A stretch of DNA of 64,000 nucleotides from Felis catus (Eukaryota): positions 227,480,001 through 227,544,000 of the forward strand of contig NC_058368.1 in NCBI RefSeq assembly GCF_018350175.1. The letters are read 5' to 3'. Position 1 is the stretch's first letter, and each line of letters begins with the position of its first letter. Shown one piece after another: positions 36,978-50,005 of this stretch. Below the pieces are notes generated by a model that saw only the letters and a list, made by a program, of their open reading frames with translations, ran no database searches and had not been told where the DNA came from. Position numbers and translations under genes: made by a program.

Positions 36978-39187
36978 CTGCAAAACAGGGGAGACCCAGA
37001 GGAGACTGTCAGGACGCCAAGAAAAATATCCTCGTGGGGCAAAGGAGAAAGGCACAGATTACAATCAAAAGGATATGCAGGTCCTGAATACCCGCCCCCC
37101 TCAAGTCGAGGCTCATCCATGTGACTGGTAGCCAGCCATCTCGACCTTTAAGCAGCCACCCATCCTGGAAGTGGCAGAATGACACCGTCCATCAGCAAAG
37201 GAAAAGGCAAAGGCCTTGAATGCTACTCTCCTACTTATAAACAACTGGCACTGACTCCACCACGGGAGGTGTGCCTGTGTGAGTGGCTGGGGCGGGGGGC
37301 AGAGAAGGCCAAGTCCAGGGGGCAGGAGGGCCACCGTGGGGCTGACTTTTAACAGCCAGGAGCGGCAACAGAGACTCTGCATCCCTGCCAAGTGGAAGTC
37401 CAATTGCCCTGGGGGAGAGCAGTGGGCCTCCTACCAGTGGGAGAGTTCAGGCCCGAAGCCACAAAAGTCTTCTTTAACCCAGAGAGCAAAGAAGCTGCTG
37501 AGAGTTCAGGAATACCCCTGGTTACCCTGAGGGCACACAGATGGTGTTAGGAACCACCCCTGCTTTGCAAGTTTGGCACCAGAGGGGAGGGAAGGAAAAG
37601 AGCTCTACAAAGACAGATGGGGGGGGGGGCAGTAGCCGTCCCATCTCCTGACTTCAATGGCTTCATTTGTTAGGTAATCATCCGCAGGGACGGAAGGAAA
37701 CATGCCAAGTAAGATATGGGGAAATACGAACACAAATTCTTAAAGTGTTAAAACTTTAGAGAAATACAACAATTAGAACCCCTTCCTGTCTGGGGGGACA
37801 TCGGGCATGTGTGAACAAGCATTTTGGAGCCGAATGACATTTTTACTAAGTCTGTCTTGGCCATGACCTCTCACTGGAACAAAGGGCGAGAGGGAGAGAT
37901 GTGACATGCCCAGAGCCCCCACTGCATTCCTGATGGTGCTCAACCCTCCAGAATAGGACTTTGCCTAGACTGAAGAGAGTGTCTAGTAAACTTTAACAGC
38001 AAGGCCTACACAGGCTTCCTGTTTGGGAGGCAGTTCCTTTTATTTTGAAGATGATGGTAAAAATTTAGAGATTTCCCAACAGTTACATGCTATGGGTTAG
38101 CATTTAATGAATGCATCGCTTAAGAACAACGCATTTAAAGAGGCCTGCATTGACTCACCGTCCTAGGTGCGAAACTTTTCTACACACACAGGGACCGTCC
38201 CCTGGCCCCCACTAGCCCCACGTATCCAATTCCAACTACAAATGTAAAAAATGATCAGTCTTGCTTGAGTTAACACCCAGGCAGCTGACCTCTTCTTGGC
38301 CCAAAATACCTTGCCCTTGATTTTTCATTGACTGCCTATGTTCCTGGCTCTGGAATGTCATGTGAGGTGTGAAGGTGGTTTTATGGGGACAAAGAAGTTA
38401 CAACATCCTACTGGGCTGGGACATAACACAGACATGAGAGAAGACATTAGATGAGTATTTAGCTTTTGGCTGAATTCTCAGAGCTCTTCAATGATCGCCA
38501 AATTAGAACCAGAGTCAGAGTCGGCCATCACAAAGGGAAGCAAGCAGTTGCCGACATAAAGAGTCAAAGGAACGCTCTAAAAAGGCCAGTATGGTCCATC
38601 TCCTTGTGGAGAAGACATGTCCCCTAAGGTGCTTTGCTGGCTCCTCTGTAATCACTCATGTCACGGAAGCTGGGAAGGACAAATATGTCTTGTTTTCCAA
38701 TGCAAGTGGAAGGTATGGATGAGCAACGCCAGCCAACCCAAGTTTCAAAGTTGCACTGGAGAAATGTCTCCGACATCTAGGGCCACCTCTGTCTGCTGCC
38801 TCAGTTTTTCTCAAGCATTCCCCTCCCAGGACAGGGCTCCAGGGCACAAATGGTGTGAGAGACTGTGTGGGACATGTGCCCAAGGCCAACTGGCCTGCTT
38901 GGAATCCTGACTCTGCAATGAAGAAATTGTGGGGCTTGAAATAAATTACGAATCCCCTCTGTGCCTCAACTTCCTCATCTGTAGAATGGAATAATAGTGG
39001 TACGTGCCACCAGGGGTCACTGTGTAAAGGAAATGAAGTAATAATAAAACAAGGGCTTAGAACAGGGCCTGAAACACAGTCTGTGCTAAATATGTCCTGT
39101 CATCATTAGGTATGTAATAGTAGAGAGAAGAGAAACAGAAATAGAAATGTGTAGATTTATAGAAAGAAAGACAAGAACACACGTTAC

Positions 39188-39365
39188 CATTTAAAAAGTT
39201 ACGCTGGTTTTCTAAAATTTGGTTGATTTCATGGATCCATGTTTGCCGGACACTTGGACTGGACGAGTGCAGAGTGAAGGTCTCCACCACACCACCCGTC
39301 CTCGATGTCAGAGCAAATTTACAGGGATCGTTTTCCACGTTTTCCTCCAGGCAAAGGCAACTCAC
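39188..39365 (-). CDS. TRIO: TRIO exon ~47, PH2 end (VSCLCLEENVENDPCKF...QRNFLNA)
   Basis: acceptor tttaAG, donor GTaacg; 178 nt, phase 0 to 1. Confidence 0.95.
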
Positions 39366-39378
39366 CTTAAAAAAATTA

Positions 39379-39850
39379 GAGCATTATTCACAATGGCCAA
39401 AAAGTGAAAGCAACCAAGCGTGCACTGACTGACGGACAGATAAACAAAATGCGGGCTATGGAATGAGTAAGGGAATACTATTCAGCCCTAAAAAGAACAG
39501 TCTGACCTATGCCGCAACTTGGATGAACCCCAAGGGCATTATGCGAAGTGAAATAAGCCAGTCGCAAGCAGACGGATACGGTTCTGATTTCATTTAGATG
39601 AAGTACCTTGAGTGGTCAAATTCATAGAGCCAGAGAGTGGAATGGTGGGTGCCAGGGGCTGGTGGGGGGGGATGGGGAGTGGTGGTTTAATGAGCACAGA
39701 ATTTTGGTTTTGCAAGATAAGTAGAGTCCTGGAGATGGACAGTGGCGACGGTTGATTCAACCATGTGAACGTACTTAATGTCCTTAATGCCACTGAGCTG
39801 TGCACGGAAAAATGGCCAAGGTGGTAAATTTGTGTGTATTTTACTACAAC
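39379..39850 (+). mobile_element. L1MB-like 3' end fragment abutting the exon 47 acceptor
   Basis: gcattattcacaatggccaaaa..gaatactattcagcc..agtgaaataagccagtc..aatgccactga. Confidence 0.8.
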
Positions 39851-40169
39851 GCCAACAACGAAAGCACATGGATTCCCAGCAGCTAGGTGCGATGTAAAGC
39901 TCATCCTACGTCAAAACTGAAACAAACTTTTTTGGTTGAGCCGTCATCTTTATTGCCTTGGATATCATCATCTTGATGCTTTTCGGTGATTCTCTTAACT
40001 CAGGGACAAGGGGATTCCCAAGAATTTAACTAAGTGCTTGAATATTAACTAGAAACGAGGGCCTGGGAGTTACCGGTTTTCTGACTCCTTTATGATGACC
40101 CGGTGTTTGTGTATCCCTGACTTCTCTGCCCCAGAAATAAAATGACGCCATTTTAAAAACTTGACTACT

Positions 40170-40355
40170 GGGGCATCTGCGTGGCTAAGTCGGTTAAGCA
40201 TCAACTCTTGATTTCAGCTCAGGTCATGATCTTGCGGTTTGTGGGTTTGAGGACCATGCTGGGCTCCGCACCAACTGTGTGGAGCCTGCTTAGGATTCCC
40301 TCTCTCTGTCCCTCTCTTTCAAAATGGATAAATTAACTTTGAAGAAAAAAAAAAA
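40170..40355 (+). mobile_element. Can-SINE, diverged
   Basis: head ggggcatctgcgtggct, A tail. Confidence 0.85.
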
Positions 40356-41417
40356 CACCAAAAACCCTATTAGTATAACGCATTATGAAATTATATGTGG
40401 TATCACATGTAAAACAGTTTTACAGAAGCAGGACATGGAAAAGAACATATAGAGGGTTTCTATGCTGCTGGAATGGAGTGGAGAGTCTGTCAGGAGGAAG
40501 ACGTTCGGAGGACAGTGGGAGGCAGGAGAGGCCCGAAGCTTCATGCAGCCCAGTCCTGATGCCTCCCACGTCCTGTTGGGCAGAAGAGCCTCTCCCAGCC
40601 TGAAGGGAGGGGAAGCAGGGAGGCTGCTGCACGTGGCCACCAGAAGCCTGACGGGGAGCTGGATGGTGCGGTGTCCCACCTGGGTGCTGAGACCTCAGGG
40701 CTCAGATGGTAGGAGGCTCTAACACAGGGATGCACGCCTCCCTTCTGAGCTCAGGGCTGCACGGCTGCCAACGTGGAAAGAACAGGGAGGGAGAGGTGGG
40801 TGAGCAGGCTGCATCTCCCAGGGACCATCTGCTAGGCCCTCAAGCCCCCTCCTCTGCTTTATTCTGCCTTGCCCTGGGTTTGTCCCGTTCATAGGACTCG
40901 GGGCCGTTTGCAATTATTTTACTTATGTTTACTTATTTGTGTTTCTCTTTCCTCAGAGAACAAGCTATTCCAGGGCACAGACTGCCTGTCTTATCTACCC
41001 CTGTGGCCCCACGCCCAGCTCTGATGGCTCAGTGTGTCCTCATCGGCTGGAGGCAAAGAATAAGACACTGGGAAAGCTTTCTGCTCTGGTCTTAGAGCAA
41101 TATTCCACATCCGTGACTCTGAACTTAAGCTGTACGTGGTCACAGGAATGGTGGTACACAAGAACGAACCCAGACAAGGTCTTCTCATCATGTTTAACCA
41201 CGACGAGAAACGGCTGTGGACACACAGAGATGCGTGCAAGACAACAGCCACTTCAGAACGCAGACAGTTGAGGGATGGAGTGAATTTTTACAAGTTCTAA
41301 AATATCTGAGGAAATTCTCCAAACATTTAATAAACAAAGGATCAAGACATTTCATCACTGAAAAGGAAACAGTTCTTCAGCGTGACGGGTACGTGTGTCC
41401 ACACAAACACACATTAC

Positions 41418-41609
41418 CTTGATGCTGTTCTTAAACAGGAATCCCGGCATGGAGAAGCCCTTTTTTTTATCAAGTGGTTCACTGAAAATGACGATCTGCT
41501 CAAAGAGGAAAACCCGCCTCTCTTTACAGCGAGGCAGAAGTCCCGAGTCTTGGTCCGTGACCAAGAATGTGTCCTGCAGGAGCAGCTTGCCCTGGGCAAC
41601 AATTTTACC
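41418..41609 (-). CDS. TRIO: TRIO exon ~46, PH2 (GKIVAQGKLLLQDTF...FLFKNSIK)
   Basis: acceptor ttttAG, donor GTaatg; 192 nt. Confidence 0.96.
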
Positions 41610-42550
41610 CTAAAAGGGGGGGGGGGGGAGGGTGCAAAGGAAGAGAAGAGAACATTGCATTCTAAGTTAAGATACAGGAAGTTCTGTTTCCTTTCTTGTT
41701 CCCATAGAATAATGTATATTTCTTCTACTAATTAAAGAGCTTAAAATTTTCTTTAATTATAATGAGTTCTTAGCCCCCAACAGAATAGTCATCTAGACAA
41801 AATTCTTGCCAACCTCTGTAGGAGTCTCTGGCCTCCGTTACAAAGACAAGGTGGATTGAAAGTGTATAAATAGTTCACTGAACCAGGCTGTCAAGGCGCA
41901 ATCCCTGTGCCAGCTGCACGGGCACCCTGGCAGGACCCATTAGAAAGACACAGGGTCCTGCGCTTTCAGAAGCCCTCCAGGGAGATTGTGCTTTCTTGAG
42001 AACCACAGAGCCCGAACTTTAAACCCTAATTCTCTAGTAGAACAGTAGGCAAGAAAAGCAAAAACTTGTCCTCTTTCCTTACTCAGTAGTTGAATTTTAA
42101 AAAATTCTGAATGTCTTTTAAGGTACTAATAGGCAACGTATAATATGCCTGGTCTGGCAACTCCTAGAGAAGTCTGGTAGAGTAACACTGAACACAGCCG
42201 CCCTGAAGTCAAGCTCCCAGGGACGATGGATGTGCAAGGGGCCCCTTGCCTCCCACCACCTGCCGGGGAAGGAAACTCTGCTGTTACAGCACCAGAGGCT
42301 CCAAGAGACAAAGCAGAGTCCTGCCTGTTTCCGCCATCAGGCGCTGGGCTTTGAGCAGAGGAAGGTCCTCAAAAAGCAAATCAAATGCACCAAAAAAAAG
42401 TTGAAAGAAAATATCAATCAGGTTCAAGTAAAGTGAGAGAAGACAGAAAACCAGGCAAAAGGATCAACTTTCTACTGGGAAGATAAATAATCCAAGACCA
42501 GAGAAAGTGACAGAAGCCAGAGGGGTGACTTTAAACAACAGGCGCATTAC

Positions 42551-42628
42551 GTCAAATCCCTGCAGCCGCCCGACGTTCATCATGTCGTTGCACCGCTTGG
42601 GTACGATGCACATGACTTCCACCGCTCT
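42551..42628 (-). CDS. TRIO: TRIO exon ~45 (RAVEVMCIVPKRCNDMMNVGRLQGFD)
   Basis: acceptor ctgcAG, donor GTaatg; 78 nt. Confidence 0.95.
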
Positions 42629-42927
42629 CTGCAGGTGTGGGGGGGGGGGTCAGGGAAGGGGGGGGGAGAGAGAGAGAGAGAGAGAGCGCGTGAGAGATAG
42701 CACCAATGGTCAGCGCCCTCCGGGGAGGGCTGGTGTGCTCACCCTCACATCCACCCCCAAGTCCACCTCCCGACTTCCCCACCCCCTCGTGTACACAGGG
42801 CACATCCCGGTGGAGGGACTCAAGGCCCCAGGGACAGACTCCTCCAGGAGTGGGCTGCTTGGGAGACATGGGAGACATGGGGGGATTAGGGGAAAGCTGG
42901 GCCAGCACACTGTGGGGAGGTAGGTAC

Positions 42928-42978
42928 CTCTAATTCGGATGTATCCAGGCTAGCTTTTTTGGAATACTTGAGGAAGTC
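42928..42978 (-). CDS. TRIO: TRIO exon ~44 (DFLKYSKKASLDTSELE)
   Basis: acceptor ttgcAG, donor GTacct; 51 nt. Confidence 0.94.
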
Positions 42979-43708
42979 CTGCAAGAAGCACAGAGAGAAC
43001 ATGACAGGGGCGATGATCACACAGCAGCTACGCAGCTAACCTTCTGAATCATTCCTGATGTGCCAGGCACCGGGCCAGGCGCTTGAGCTGCGTGTTCTCA
43101 GTTCTTTCTCCCAATAACTTGGTGAAAAGATACCCTTACGTGGATTTCAAGCTGTAGCAGAGCAAAATCAACCAAATCTAAGCAGGTAATGGCTCCTCTT
43201 TTACTCCAAGACAGCTCTGATCTCTGCAGATACCCAGCTTCCAAGTTATTATATTCGTATTCGAAGGAATCTCAATACATTTCAACAGTCACTTTTGTCC
43301 CAGAAAACTGTGTGGCTTTGCCTTGAATCGTGCTTAGAAATCTAAACCACTCAAGGGTCCTGAGCCCTGTCAGAGCCAAAAGAAGCAACAGGTGGGGACT
43401 GACATTTGAATTTAACCCAGGACCCCAGGAAGATGAGGGAACATACAGAGTCGACAGAGCCAGGAAAATGGTTCTGTGGTGAGGAGAAAGTTCACTTCAA
43501 CTAACATTTTGATTCAGACCTTGATGTAAAGGTGCCTTATTAGATTTTAAGAAATTTACTCTGAAATATTTAAAATCAGAAGAAGACTGCTGTGTATTTT
43601 TTCACAGGAAAGAGTCCCTTCACCTGCCCAAACTTCCTTCCCCTCACTCGTCTGGCCTTCTCACCAAACAAACACCCGACTCCCAGTCTGCACCCAGCAA
43701 ACCCTCAC

Positions 43709-43801
43709 CTTCAGGAGCAGCTGGTACTTCATGATCCTCTGCACTGGTTTGATGAGCAAATCTGTGAGCTGCAGCCTGTGGCCAAGACGCTGCTTTAGGT
43801 C
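43709..43801 (-). CDS. TRIO: TRIO exon ~43, DH2 ([31 protein letters not shown])
   Basis: [17 protein letters not shown] conserved region 3; acceptor ccccAG, donor GTgagg; 93 nt. Confidence 0.96.
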
Positions 43802-44371
43802 CTGGGGTTTTAAAGGAGAAAAGAAAGGTCTTAAGTGTTGTCTTTCAAAAGGCGGTTGCCAAGTCAGTCTAACGGTCGGAAATGCTAACTACACGGCAGG
43901 AAAGGCAGTGGGGAAGACGGCCACGCTGCACAAAGCCCAACCAGGCCCGCACGACCTCTCAGAGTGGCCTCTTCAGCGTCCGAGGGCTATTTCTAAAAGT
44001 CTTTTTTCCTTGTTTAAAGACCTTCTTTCAATTGCTTTCTTTTATTCATACAAACACGTTTTATTTTTAGGCTAAACGTTTAGATCATGAGTTATTCTGA
44101 ATCTGTAATGAGACTTAGGTTCAAAACTGCTTAAATAAACCCCTTTATTTTAACAATGACCCCAGTCTTCTGAAAGCTAAGGGAGTACACAAGCCCAGGC
44201 TGAACTCCTACTCATTTCTCTGACTTACAGGAAAGAAACAGGTTCAGAACTCTTATAACTGAGGCTAACTTCCTGAGACTTGCTTCGTTCCTGGCAAACA
44301 TGATATTTTAATTTTTGACATCAGCCTTAACAAAAGATTCAGAAATGCTTTGTTTCCATCTTGGGTCTTAC

Positions 44372-44461
44372 CTCAAAAAAGGTATCAATGTATTCTGAGA
44401 CAATGTGCTCAGACTTTGGTTTATTTTGACAATAAACTATGTACATGTGCAACCTTCTCTC
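44372..44461 (-). CDS. TRIO: TRIO exon ~42, DH2 ([30 protein letters not shown])
   Basis: acceptor tcctAG, donor GTaaga; 90 nt. Confidence 0.95.
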
Positions 44462-44913
44462 CTAGGAATGAAAAAGGCAAACAGATGGGTTAAAACAACT
44501 GGAAGTTCAACTAGAATATAAGAGTACATGCACATTTCAGCACATTCATAAAGGAAATTTTCTTAAAACCGTGGTTCAGGCCCGTGGGAGCACATTCCAG
44601 ATACATGACTAGGGTAGCATTCTGCTTTGTAGCCCCCAAAGCAGTCTGTCCTCGTCACCCTCTTAGGTATTTCAGACCCCTCACTTTACCCGGCAAATAG
44701 CAACCAGGGGCAACAAGAGGACAGGGTTCTTGGTTTCAAATGAAGAATTACTGTCGCCCCTCCAAATGGCCCAGTGGTCTTGGGAAGTGTTGGTTTTAGC
44801 AGGCAAGAAAAGCCTCTTTAATCTCAAATGCTGAAGGCAGGGAGACAGGTACCCAGCAAGCCATCCCTCAATCCGGTGATGCTCAAAGTGTGGCGTGCAA
44901 GCCATCCCTCAAT

Positions 44914-46055
44914 CCGGTGATGCTCAAAGTGTGGTGTGCAGAGCTCTGGGGGCCCCTGTGGCCTTTCAGGGGATCCAGAGGGTCAAAACTATTTTCCAAC
45001 TAATACTAGGATGTCATTTACCCCTTTCTTCGTGCTGATGTGTAAAACCAGCTGGCATCTTGGCAAATATTCACCCCCACCATTGGCAGAAGACTGCCGG
45101 TTTTACCTCAGAATGTCCCGGATTCAGTAATAAAAGTCCATTTTCTTTAAACTCAACCATGGAGTATATATCTTTTTAATGTTCTTGTGACAAAACAGAG
45201 GTCCTCCCTCGTAACACTTCTGGTGCATATGATGGGTTGTCTCAAGCAAAACCATTTGTGGCACTGAGCTGGGGGCTAAATTAACTGTTGGTTTTTGAGG
45301 ACTGCCATTTTTACTTGAGAGAAGGATGGACACAAAATGTAATTACTTATACTTGGGTATCTGGCAGACATTTTCTGGAACATGAACAAAAGAAGCGTGT
45401 CGTTCCAAGGCAAACTGGCAGTATCTGTTAATAATAAAACTCTGAGCTGTCAAGGTAGAGAACTGTGGAAAACCCACACATGCCACTGTTTTCTCGACAA
45501 CACCTAAAGACTGGTCTAGAAAGAGGGGTGGTGACATGAACAATTCTGACTTTTTGATACTGTATAACAAAATGTCTCAGCATCTGGAAGATCTAACCTG
45601 GTGAACTGACCAGTATTTTCCAACTGACCAATGCATGATCTCACAAGCTGGTGTGAGGGTGAAAGGCTGTAAATGCGAGCTGCCTCCATGGCTTCTAGTG
45701 TAACAGCAAGGGAGAAGTCCAGCAAGGGCTTGTCCGATTCTACATGGTAGCTAAGCTTTATGATATTATCACTTGTTCGAGTTTTGGTGTAATATCTCAG
45801 AAAACTAGCCATAATTTTCTGAAAAGAGTATCAAAATACTCGTACCTTTCCAGCTCGATCTGTATGAGGACGGATTTTTTTTTTCATATATTTTAACCAC
45901 AAAAAATTCTACAATAGAATGAATGTAGAAGTAGATATAAAAAAAAAATCCATCTGTTTTCTGTTAAGGCAGACATTCAAGAGGTTTGCAAAAAATGCCA
46001 AAACTCTTATCACTAATTTTTTTTTTTTTTACAGAAGAATTTCCTAAAGAGACCT
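44914..46055 (+). mobile_element. Charlie1-type hAT DNA transposon relic
   Basis: tgctcaaagtgtgg..cctttcagggg..ggtcaaaactattttc resembles Charlie1 left end; right boundary approximate. Confidence 0.7.
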
Positions 46056-46443
46056 TTAATGTTAACATATTTCAGATCTGCACATATATTTGGCTCCTAT
46101 GCGAAACCTCCTGTATGTTTAGGTACATCACCATCTTCACTAAACACGTGTTTGTCCACAGACAGACATCCCCAGATGTTCTGCTTCAGGTCTGCCTCTG
46201 GTCCTTCTGGCCACTCTGTACTGCCCGGAGCTAAACAGCCAGCTGGGGCTTGGTGACCAGGAAAGCAGGTCATTTGTGTCCAAGAGGGGGGCTTAATTCC
46301 AATTCGCTGACACTGCACGGTTTGATTTTATTCTCAACAGAAGAGCTTTTGTAAACTACCAGTGAGTTCTCCTTTAATCTGAAAAATCAGTTACTAAGCA
46401 TGACCATATCAGAACAGAACATAAATAATGTTATTGTACTGAC

Positions 46444-46513
46444 ATGTTTAACAAAAAGGGATCCTAGTTTTTCCGGATCTTCAAGGCACTTCTCCAACTC
46501 TCCTAAAAAAAAG
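46444..46513 (-). CDS. TRIO: TRIO exon ~41, DH2 (FFLGELEKCLEDPEKLGSLFVKH)
   Basis: acceptor tttcAG, donor GTcagt; 70 nt. Confidence 0.95.
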
Positions 46514-46567
46514 CTGAAATGAGAAGAGAAATATTAGAGCCATTTCCAATTTGGCCTTCTGATTTTA

Positions 46568-46815
46568 TTTTTATTTATTTAAAAAAATTTTTTTCAAATA
46601 TTTACTTATTTATTTTTGAGAGAGAGGGAGAGAGAGAGGCACAGAGTACAAGCAGGGGAGGGACACAGAGAGAAGGCGGCACAGAATCTGAAGCAGGCTC
46701 CAGGCTCTGAACCGTGAGCACAGAGCCCGATGTGGGGCTCGAACTCACAAGCTGTGAGAGATCATGACCTGAGCTGGAGTCGGACGCCCACCTGACTGAG
46801 CCACCCACGTGCCCC
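46568..46815 (-). mobile_element. Can-SINE (sense to TRIO), ~55 nt upstream of the exon 41 acceptor
   Basis: perfect TSD tggccttctgatttta at 46552-67 and 46816-31. Confidence 0.93.
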
Positions 46816-47424
46816 TGGCCTTCTGATTTTAGACTGAGGTTTATATTTCAAAATAGTCTGTTTTGACACAATCAACTGGAAAATGTAAGGTATGCACTTA
46901 AGAAATGTAATGTGCACAAAAAACATTTTGTTAGGACAGAAACCACAAGAGACACACAATTAAAAAAGACAAGGCAGAATGAGACCATCCCATGACCGGC
47001 AACCTTTCCTTCTCTTGGACAATCCACATTTTTGTCTCATTTTTCTTAAGGACATAAGCAAATATGTATCATGGCTGAATACTGAGAAAAAAATAAAGGT
47101 TTCCAAGATGATTGCTTGTTTTTATTTCTGAAAACTTGAGATTCATATTCATTCTATGATAATTTTTAGGGAGCTCAGATTGGGGAAGAATAGACGTAAA
47201 ATACTGAATATGTTACCTGTGTCAGTTTTATAAAGTTTTCTTAAATACTATCCAAATTAGCCTCTAGGTTAGGAGTATTAGCTCCCATTAAGACAGAAAT
47301 TAGGTGTAAGCACAGAAACAGAAGAGCTGTGCACAGCCGCTCTTTCTCCCTTCTGGGCCACAGCTGACTTCAAGACATCTGCCCACCTTAGTGATCACTT
47401 ACCCACGCTGACATTTATGTGTGC

Positions 47425-47644
47425 TATTTTATTTTATTTTTTTACTTAAGGTTTTTTTAAAAATTTATTTTGAGATATATAGAGAGATAGAGTATGTGGG
47501 GGGGAGCGGAGAGAGAGGAAGAGAACCCCAAGCAGGCTCTGTGCTGATTGCACAGAGTCCAATGTGAGGCTCAAACCCACAAACCGTGACATCACGACCT
47601 GAGCCAAAGTCGGATGCTTAACCGACTGAGCCACCCAGGTGCCC
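47425..47644 (-). mobile_element. Can-SINE
   Basis: reverse head ending caggtgccc. Confidence 0.88.
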
Positions 47645-48360
47645 TGTTTGGTATTTTATTAACCCGCAAACCAGCACATCAATGAATGCTATGTGCAAGT
47701 TTCTAGCACTTGGGATTTTAAGATAGCTCTGCACCGTGGCAGGCCCCACCTCCGGGTGGTCGTCCCAGGAGCACTGTGCCGTCTTCCCCTCCCGTCACAG
47801 CTTCCGAACCAGACCTGGAAGTGGCAGACTAGAGAGTGGCACCAAAGATCCCTTCTTACACTTAGATCTGCTGTAGTTTCTTGGGAAGTCTATGAATTAC
47901 GCCGTGTCTGAAGTTGACCATTCTGTATTTAGGAGTCCAACTGAGTTAGATACTATGGGGTAATAGGAAAATGATGACCCTGTACCTGGGTTCAAAGGTT
48001 TTACACTCTATTAGGACAGATACATTTAGAAGTAATAAAACACTACTTGATACACCTACCACGATAACCCCTCCTTGTATCTGCATAGGATTTTACAGTT
48101 TAAAAAGCACATTTATGTATGCTATCTGCAAAGAGGAGGGAGCGCGTCTAATTGACAGTGATCATTTGACCTGGGCTTCGAAAGTGATGGGAACGTGTTC
48201 TAGGCCGAGAGGACAGGAACGCACATAAAAACAGGAAAGCAGGTGGCCAGTCTAGGTCATGGGAACAGAACAGTGCAGCTGGAACATCCCACAACAATAT
48301 CAACAGCTGGCATTAAGCAATCCGCAAATGGTTGAGGATTTTTAAAATTAGGAGTAAGGT

Positions 48361-48570
48361 GGGGCGTCTGGGTGGCTCAGTCGGTTAAGCATCCAACTCT
48401 TCGGCTCAGGTCACGATCTCATGGTTTGTGGCATGAGCCCCATGTCGGGCTCTGTGCTGACAGCTTGGAGTCTGCTTGGGACCCTCCCTCTCCCTGTCCC
48501 TCCCCTGCTTGTGCTTGCTCACTCTCACTCTCTTTCTCTCAAAATAGATAAAATAAACTTAAAAAAAATC
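48361..48570 (+). mobile_element. Can-SINE
   Basis: head ggggcgtctgggtggctcag; TSD-like agtaaggt. Confidence 0.9.
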
Positions 48571-49235
48571 AGCAGTAAGGTGACCTGAAGGGGCAAATGT
48601 ATTGTGGTACCAGCCCCCATGTGGATCTCCTCCTGATGAGGACGGGTTCGACAATGTATTGGGGCTCAAATCTGATTTTCGTGTGCAGTTATGTCTACTT
48701 TTTCCATTAAAATTCTTGGAAAAAACAGTATCTTGAAAGCCCTCTAAAATAATTTGTAATTATTCAACAGATGGCTGCAATTCTAATTGGAAACTTTACT
48801 GAAGCTTACTCTACATAGATGTTGTTCTGAGCACTTTACACATGTTACCTCAGTCTCCCTTCGCCAAAAACCCCGTGCGGTGGATGGTAAGACTATGAAC
48901 TGCATTGTGCAGATGAAAGCCGGAGACACAGGGAAGGGAAGCAAATGGCTCAAGGTCAGGACTAGGTTCTGAACTCAGGCAGTCAGGCCAGCCACCCCCA
49001 GGCGGGCTTCCCGGATGGACCAGCACACAGAAGAGACTCTTCCCCTGGCCACGAGATGCTACCACAAAACTCCTTGGCACACTGTATTTCCTTTGCACCA
49101 GCTACCTCCACGAGGTTACAGGTAATAAAAGGAAGCGAACCGGTAAACACCCGTTACCATCTGCCTGACACGATGCGGTTTAGCAAGGGAGGACGCTGGG
49201 TGTGCACCGTCAGGCATGGCATGTATTTTACGTAC

Positions 49236-49339
49236 TCTCTGTGCCAGTCGTAAATCTGATGGATGTTGCCAAATACAATCTTGTCCTTCCCTTTCATGTC
49301 ATCAGGAACACCATCTTCTTTCATGAGAGCCATGTAGCC
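49236..49339 (-). CDS. TRIO: TRIO exon ~40, DH2 ([10 protein letters not shown]...[15 protein letters not shown])
   Basis: acceptor tcacAG, donor GTacgt; 104 nt. Confidence 0.95.
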
Positions 49340-49781
49340 CTGTGAGCATTTACAAATAAGTTTGTTTCAGTGAACGTATTGGAGTCAGATAATCATTTAT
49401 GGATCAACGCTCATAAAGAACAAAACAGACATCTGCAACGCCTCACAACCCTTTCTTTGTTTAAAAACAAGCAAAAATCCTATATGAAAAGTGCCTTTCA
49501 CTGGCACCATATGTATGGTCATATGCCATGCCAAGATTTTCTCTCCTTGAACTATTGGGAATTAATAGATCCAAATTCTTCTAAGGAACTGAAGACATTT
49601 AAATGTAAACGGTTTCACAAAAACAAATCATCTTATCAGCTTGTAAACATTAACTATTTGGCCAAAAACATATCTCCTCTGTTCTCAGCATAATATAAAC
49701 AGATTTCCTTTTCTTTTTGGATTATCTACATACTTCGCTAAATGAGAATTTAACAACATTCCTTTCATAAATTGATTTTTT

Positions 49782-50005
49782 TTTTTTTAATTTTTTTTTT
49801 TTTTACATTTATTTATTTTTGAGACAGAGAGAGACAGAGCATGAATGGGGGAGGGGCAGAGAGAGAAGGAGACACAGAATGGGAAGCAGGCTCCAGGCTC
49901 TGAGCCATCAGCCCAGAGCCTGACGCGGGGCTCGAACTCACGGACCGCGAGATCGTGACCTGGCTGAAGCCGGACGCTTAACCGACTGCGCCACCCAGGC
50001 GCCCC
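49782..50005 (-). mobile_element. Can-SINE (SINEC_Fc-type), young
   Basis: TSD tcataaattgatttttt on both sides. Confidence 0.94.

Noticed and set aside
35660..37120. 486-aa minus-strand ORF overlapping exon 48 in another frame
   Set aside because: Starts in an intron and stays open mainly because GC-rich sequence lacks stops; only its distal part is considered, via possible splicing
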